Source: a virus (taxonomy: Duplodnaviria > Heunggongvirae > Uroviricota > Caudoviricetes). From it: 64,000 bases of DNA. This document shows, piece after piece, positions 60,016-64,000 of the stretch (the first letter of the stretch is position 1; every line of letters begins with the position of its first letter). Position numbers and translations under genes: made by a program. A model generated the notes under the pieces. It made no database searches and was not told the origin of the DNA. It saw nothing but the letters and a program-made list of their open reading frames with translations. The stretch lies in the IMG/VR virus record IMGVR_UViG_2721755676_000001; one strand, written 5' to 3'.

Positions 60016-60479
60016 AATACGATGCGCATCAGTTCAAACGTGCGGGGAATAGACTCAATAACAGCCAGAAAGCATTTAAGCGATATCTTATTCGGGACAT
60101 GGAAAAGCTGGCGCGTTTGGTTGAGCGTCTCAGCCGTGCAATGGCCCCGCTGGAAACCGGATCTCTGGAGACAGCCATCTTTGCCAGGGTGATTAAAGAA
60201 GGTTATTCAGGGCTGCGCATTGAGCTTTCTGTGTCTGGAGCAAAACCACGTCAGGGGCATCCGGGCGTAGAAGTCGGTGACTATGCTAAGTACATGGAGC
60301 TGGGTAAATACCGACTCGGTTATCTTTCTCGAATGAAGAACGTGACAAACCCACCAATTGCCGGTGTTAAACCTCGTGTTGGGCCACACTTTCTGGAAAG
60401 AGCGGTGGAAATTAGCGAGAAGCAGTTCTCAGAAGCGATTCTTGAGGCTGCCAGAAAAGCCGGTTTTACGAGAGGTTAA
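60006..60479 (+). CDS. Hypothetical head-tail joining protein (157 aa)
   Basis: Overlaps previous stop. Confidence 0.4.
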   Translation: MGLKYDAHQFKRAGNRLNNSQKAFKRYLIRDMEKLARLVERLSRAMAPLETGSLETAIFARVIKEGYSGLRIELSVSGAKPRQGHPGVEVGDYAKYMELGKYRLGYLSRMKNVTNPPIAGVKPRVGPHFLERAVEISEKQFSEAILEAARKAGFTRG

Positions 60480-60480
60480 T

Positions 60481-60864
60481 GTGTTTATTGAAGCGTTTGC
60501 AAGTTTGATGCAGAAGGCAAAGATTGGCACGGTCGGGACTGACATTTTCTGTCACTACTTGCCTGCCAATGTGAAATCTGGCGTCCTGCTTATTAACCCA
60601 AATACCGGTATCAGCATCGATCATGAGCTACAGGGCTTTTACCACGAATCATTCACAATAATTGTGCGTGGTTCGTCAATTACTACGACGGTTGAGAAAG
60701 CCAATAAAATCATTGAGATGTTTCCAGTAGAGGAAACGGAATCTGGTGGTGTTTATTTTCGACTGGTACGACCGATGGCGATGCCAATCATTTATCCCAA
60801 AAATGATGGAGCATTAATAGAAGCAGGCATTCCTGTTGAATTTGCTGGCTATTTATTGAATTAG
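60481..60864 (+). CDS. Hypothetical tail completion protein (127 aa, GTG start)
   Basis: GTG at 60481 with RBS GAGAGG directly after previous stop. Confidence 0.4.
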   Translation: MFIEAFASLMQKAKIGTVGTDIFCHYLPANVKSGVLLINPNTGISIDHELQGFYHESFTIIVRGSSITTTVEKANKIIEMFPVEETESGGVYFRLVRPMAMPIIYPKNDGALIEAGIPVEFAGYLLN

Positions 60865-60938
60865 GTTAATCGGTAGGTATATACTTACTGTTAGCGCAAT
60901 GAATGCGTAGAATTAACGGAAAAAGGAGTTTTCCATCA

Positions 60939-61685
60939 ATGTCTAATACCCATGTAAAAAACATCAAACTTGGTGCCTGTAAGGTGTCGTTTGGTGGTGT
61001 GGATTTGGGTTACACCAAAGGTGGTGTTCAGGTTGAAATCGCAACCGAAACGCTGAAAGTGACCGTAGACCAGCTGGGCCAGACCACGATCTCCGAGCTG
61101 ATCCAGGGCCGTAACATCACCATTACTGCGCCGCTGGCTGAATCCGTGTTGAAAAACATGGTCGATCTGATGCCAGGTTCCACGCTGAGTTCTGGCGAAG
61201 ATATCGTAACCATCACGTCTGCGCAGGGAGTGAACCTGATCGACGTTGCGAAAGAGTTGGTGCTGACCCCGCAGGATGCGACGGATTATGTTCTGACCAT
61301 CCCTAAAGCAGCAACCGCGGGTAACTTCACCATGACCTACCAGTCTGACGACGTTCGCGTGTTCTCAGTTGAGTTTTCCGCTTACCCGGACGACGCTGGC
61401 GTGTTGGGGAAAATGAGCCTCCCAAAGCCGGTTGAGAGCGTCACGCTGACCCCGTCTTCACCGACCGTAAAAGTGGGCACTAAAGTTCAATTGAGCGCAA
61501 CCTTCACCCCGGCCGATGCAACCAATAAGACTGGCGTGTGGAGCTCTGATGCGACTGATAAAGCGACCGTAGATCAGAACGGACTGGTAACTGGTAAAGC
61601 TGTCGGTTCAGCCAATATCACCTTCACAACTAATGACGGTGCCAAGAAGGCGACCAAAGCCGTCTCTGTAACTGCCGCAAGCTAA
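60939..61685 (+). CDS. Major tail protein candidate with C-terminal Ig-like domain
   Basis: RBS AAAAGGAG; C-terminal Big_2-like repeat VTLTPSSPTVKVGTKVQLSATF...; terminator GAGGCCCATGGATGGGCCTC follows. Confidence 0.6.
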   Translation: MSNTHVKNIKLGACKVSFGGVDLGYTKGGVQVEIATETLKVTVDQLGQTTISELIQGRNITITAPLAESVLKNMVDLMPGSTLSSGEDIVTITSAQGVNLIDVAKELVLTPQDATDYVLTIPKAATAGNFTMTYQSDDVRVFSVEFSAYPDDAGVLGKMSLPKPVESVTLTPSSPTVKVGTKVQLSATFTPADATNKTGVWSSDATDKATVDQNGLVTGKAVGSANITFTTNDGAKKATKAVSVTAAS

Positions 61686-61746
61686 ATTGTGATAACCCAA
61701 GAGGCCCATGGATGGGCCTCTGTATGAGTTTAAAAGGATTTAAACC

Positions 61747-62064
61747 ATGACCAAATTACTCGATCTCGACTCCATTCTGCCGCCGAAAAAAAGCATCAAA
61801 TTTGGTGGCAAAGAATATCCCATCGTTGAAATGACCGTCGGCCTCTTTGTTTCCATCAAGCAGATGGAAGGCAAAGATCTCATGAACATGACTCCTGTTG
61901 AGCAAGTGACAGCTTATGCAGATCTGGTTCGTAAGGTTATCCCTTCAGTACCTGACGAAGTTCTTGAAAAACTGACTGTTCCGCAACTCCAGCAGATCTT
62001 CACCTTCGCTATGGAAGTGATTGATGAAGAAAACGAAAAAGCGGCTGGCGAAGGGGCAAAGTAA
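61747..62064 (+). CDS. Tail assembly chaperone candidate (105 aa)
   Basis: Position between major tail and tape measure genes. Confidence 0.5.
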   Translation: MTKLLDLDSILPPKKSIKFGGKEYPIVEMTVGLFVSIKQMEGKDLMNMTPVEQVTAYADLVRKVIPSVPDEVLEKLTVPQLQQIFTFAMEVIDEENEKAAGEGAK

Positions 62065-62414
62065 TTTCCCGCGATGAATCCGGGACAAGGACCGTCTCAA
62101 TAGATCTCGGATTCTATTTCAGTCGTGTAGTTGCTCACTACGCCGTGTCGCCATTAGAGCTACTGAACGTTCCTCTCACGATGTTCTGGATGCTCAGTCG
62201 CAATATAGACCGTCTGCGTGCGGAAGAGGATGTCCGCAACTTACAAGTCGCTCGTGCGTCCCAGGCGGATGGCGAGGCTGTGAAGGCGTTCATGGAGGGT
62301 TTGCAACTCAGGATTGGAAGACCAGTCGTAACAGATAAAGTCTACGATCCAAGCCAGGATAAGGCAGACCCTGACGCCAAAGAGCAACTGATGCAAATAT
62401 TTGGCAGAGGATGA
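62028..62414 (+). CDS. Possible -1 frameshift extension of tail chaperone (lambda G/GT analogue)
   Basis: -1 frame open from 62028 and overlapping last codons of chaperone ORF near A-rich GAAAAAG. Confidence 0.35.
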   Translation, partial: RKRKSGWRRGKVISRDESGTRTVSIDLGFYFSRVVAHYAVSPLELLNVPLTMFWMLSRNIDRLRAEEDVRNLQVARASQADGEAVKAFMEGLQLRIGRPVVTDKVYDPSQDKADPDAKEQLMQIFGRG

Positions 62415-62421
62415 CAAGGGA

Positions 62422-64000
62422 ATGTCACAAAACGTAGAGTTTATCCTGTCGCTGGAAGACAAACAGTTTACAGCGTCAATCGATCGTGCGGGGAAACTGC
62501 TTACTCGATTTGGTGAGCAGGTAACAAAGCCTGCTCAAAAAATCCAAACCTTTGAACGCTCTTTGGGTTCGGTCGCCCGTATCATTGGCGTTCTGGAAAG
62601 CAAGCTCGATTCTACGGCAGATAAACTACAGGATGTAGCTGCCGGTTTTGAGCTTGCTTCAGATGCTACGCGTAAAATGCGTGGCAACATCACCAGCCTC
62701 AATTCTGGTCTTAAAGCCCTGATTGAGCGCGTCGATACGACAACTTCTTCAGTAGATAAACTCACCGCGTCATTACGTAAAGTGCAATCAGAGCTAAATG
62801 ATTTCTCTGATTGGGCGACCTATGCAAGCAAAAGCGCAAGCCGCTTTGGTACGGAGGTCAAAGAAGCCTCTGCGTCCGTGAGTGGCATGAATACGCGCCT
62901 TAATACCACGACGAAGCGACTCAGTAATTGGGGTGTCACAACGAGTCAGGCTGCCGAGGGACTGAAAAAGGTTCGTGAGCAGATGGACGAAGTTATCGGA
63001 CGTCAGCAACTGATTAGCAAGCCGGTACGCGTTCGTACATCTGGAAGTGGCGATGGTGGCAGCGGGCGGCGTAGCGGCTCTGGCCATAGCGATAAAAGTA
63101 ACGAAGGAGGTATGTTCTCTGGCCTTCGTGGCAACATTTTCCTGCTTGGCGAGATCGGAGATGCAGCCAGAACGGTTACTGACATCATGTTTGGGTGGCA
63201 GAAGCCTATTGTTGAAGCTGCGGCCGAAATGGAACGTATGCGGGTGATGCTTCGAGGGTTGAATAAGGAGAAGTCCAACCCGGGCCAGGCTGCCGCTGAT
63301 GATATGAAGTACATCGTAGACATGGCTCAAAATGCGCCGTTCGCGATGCAGGCGTTAACAGATTCCTTCGTGAAGTTTCGTTCTGCTGGCTTAGATCCAA
63401 CCGATGGCTCTCTGAAGGCGCTGGTGGACTCCGTTGCTCGTTTTGGTGGTGATAGTGAGCTGTTGAAACGTGCGGCTGTGGCCGTTCAGCAGATGTCCGG
63501 TAAGGGCGTCGTGTCAATGGAAGAGCTACGTCAGCAATTAGGTGAAGCCGTTCCTAACGCGATGCAGGCAATGGCAGACGCCGCAGGCATCACTATGGGG
63601 GAACTGACTAAAGCCGTTGCCAGCGGTACGGTTGAGGCAAAACAGGCGTTGTCTCTGATGTTTGTTGGTCTGCGTGCGGAGAATGAGAACGCAGCGAAAG
63701 ACATGATGCAAACCTACACAGGTGCGCTGGCGCAACTTCAGACGTCATTCACGTTATTTGCTGATCGGGTTGGTCAGGCCGGATATCTGGATTCTCTATC
63801 GAAGGGGATGAAAGAACTGGCTTCAATCATGAATAGCGCCGAAGGGATTTCGTTTGCCAATTCTTTAGGTTCGGGGTTAACAACGGCAATCGATGGGTTG
63901 CGTCAGCTTGCTCAATGGTTAGCAAAGAACCAAGAGCTGGTAATTAATCTCGGTAAGGTCGTGGCCGCGATGGTTGCGTTCAAACTGATGCGAGCATGGA
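62422..64000 (+). CDS. Tail tape measure protein, N-terminal part (continues past window end)
   Basis: Open frame from ATG 62422 to window end (about 526 codons); MSQNVEFILSLEDKQF...; coiled-coil-rich; not in track because no stop in window. Confidence 0.7.
   Translation, partial: MSQNVEFILSLEDKQFTASIDRAGKLLTRFGEQVTKPAQKIQTFERSLGSVARIIGVLESKLDSTADKLQDVAAGFELASDATRKMRGNITSLNSGLKALIERVDTTTSSVDKLTASLRKVQSELNDFSDWATYASKSASRFGTEVKEASASVSGMNTRLNTTTKRLSNWGVTTSQAAEGLKKVREQMDEVIGRQQLISKPVRVRTSGSGDGGSGRRSGSGHSDKSNEGGMFSGLRGNIFLLGEIGDAARTVTDIMFGWQKPIVEAAAEMERMRVMLRGLNKEKSNPGQAAADDMKYIVDMAQNAPFAMQALTDSFVKFRSAGLDPTDGSLKALVDSVARFGGDSELLKRAAVAVQQMSGKGVVSMEELRQQLGEAVPNAMQAMADAAGITMGELTKAVASGTVEAKQALSLMFVGLRAENENAAKDMMQTYTGALAQLQTSFTLFADRVGQAGYLDSLSKGMKELASIMNSAEGISFANSLGSGLTTAIDGLRQLAQWLAKNQELVINLGKVVAAMVAFKLMRAW

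Overview
Mosaic enterobacterial (E. coli-type) window. About 6000-33470 and 36960-64000 read as one phage-plasmid-type replicon, reminiscent of SSU5/pHCM2-like elements (from memory, not searched). It has a P1/RepFIB-style iteron replicon (RepA between two iteron arrays, with a GATC cluster and DnaA-like box), a T-even-like recombination and nucleotide-metabolism block (SbcD/SbcC-like, RuvC-like, NrdA, NrdB, thymidylate synthase, DHFR, RNase H, DnaQ-like exonuclease, two N6-adenine methyltransferase domains), many small early genes, an AT-rich accessory island, an SF2 helicase, a ParB-ParB-ABC ATPase-GNAT operon, and a siphovirus-type packaging/head/tail module ending in a partial tape measure gene. 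Superimposed are foreign and mobile sequences: hsdR at the left edge; a 5'-truncated IS3-family element whose transposase gene is split by a group II intron; an IS91-family element beside the origin; and a 127-bp IS1 left-end fragment fused to a 3.4-kb block of core E. coli chromosome (mrp/apbC and metG) that interrupts a phage gene. The best candidates for undescribed biology are the ~870-bp A+C-rich ORF-free region (38130-39003) with its four flanking GGGAAACGG-type repeat arrays, the ParB/ABC/GNAT operon (48599-51514), the AT-rich island (42200-46700), and a G-rich ORF-free region before rnh (26960-27520). Two palindromic motif families recur upstream of many genes. All protein calls are from motif reading and memory, not database searches; coordinates of non-coding features are approximate.
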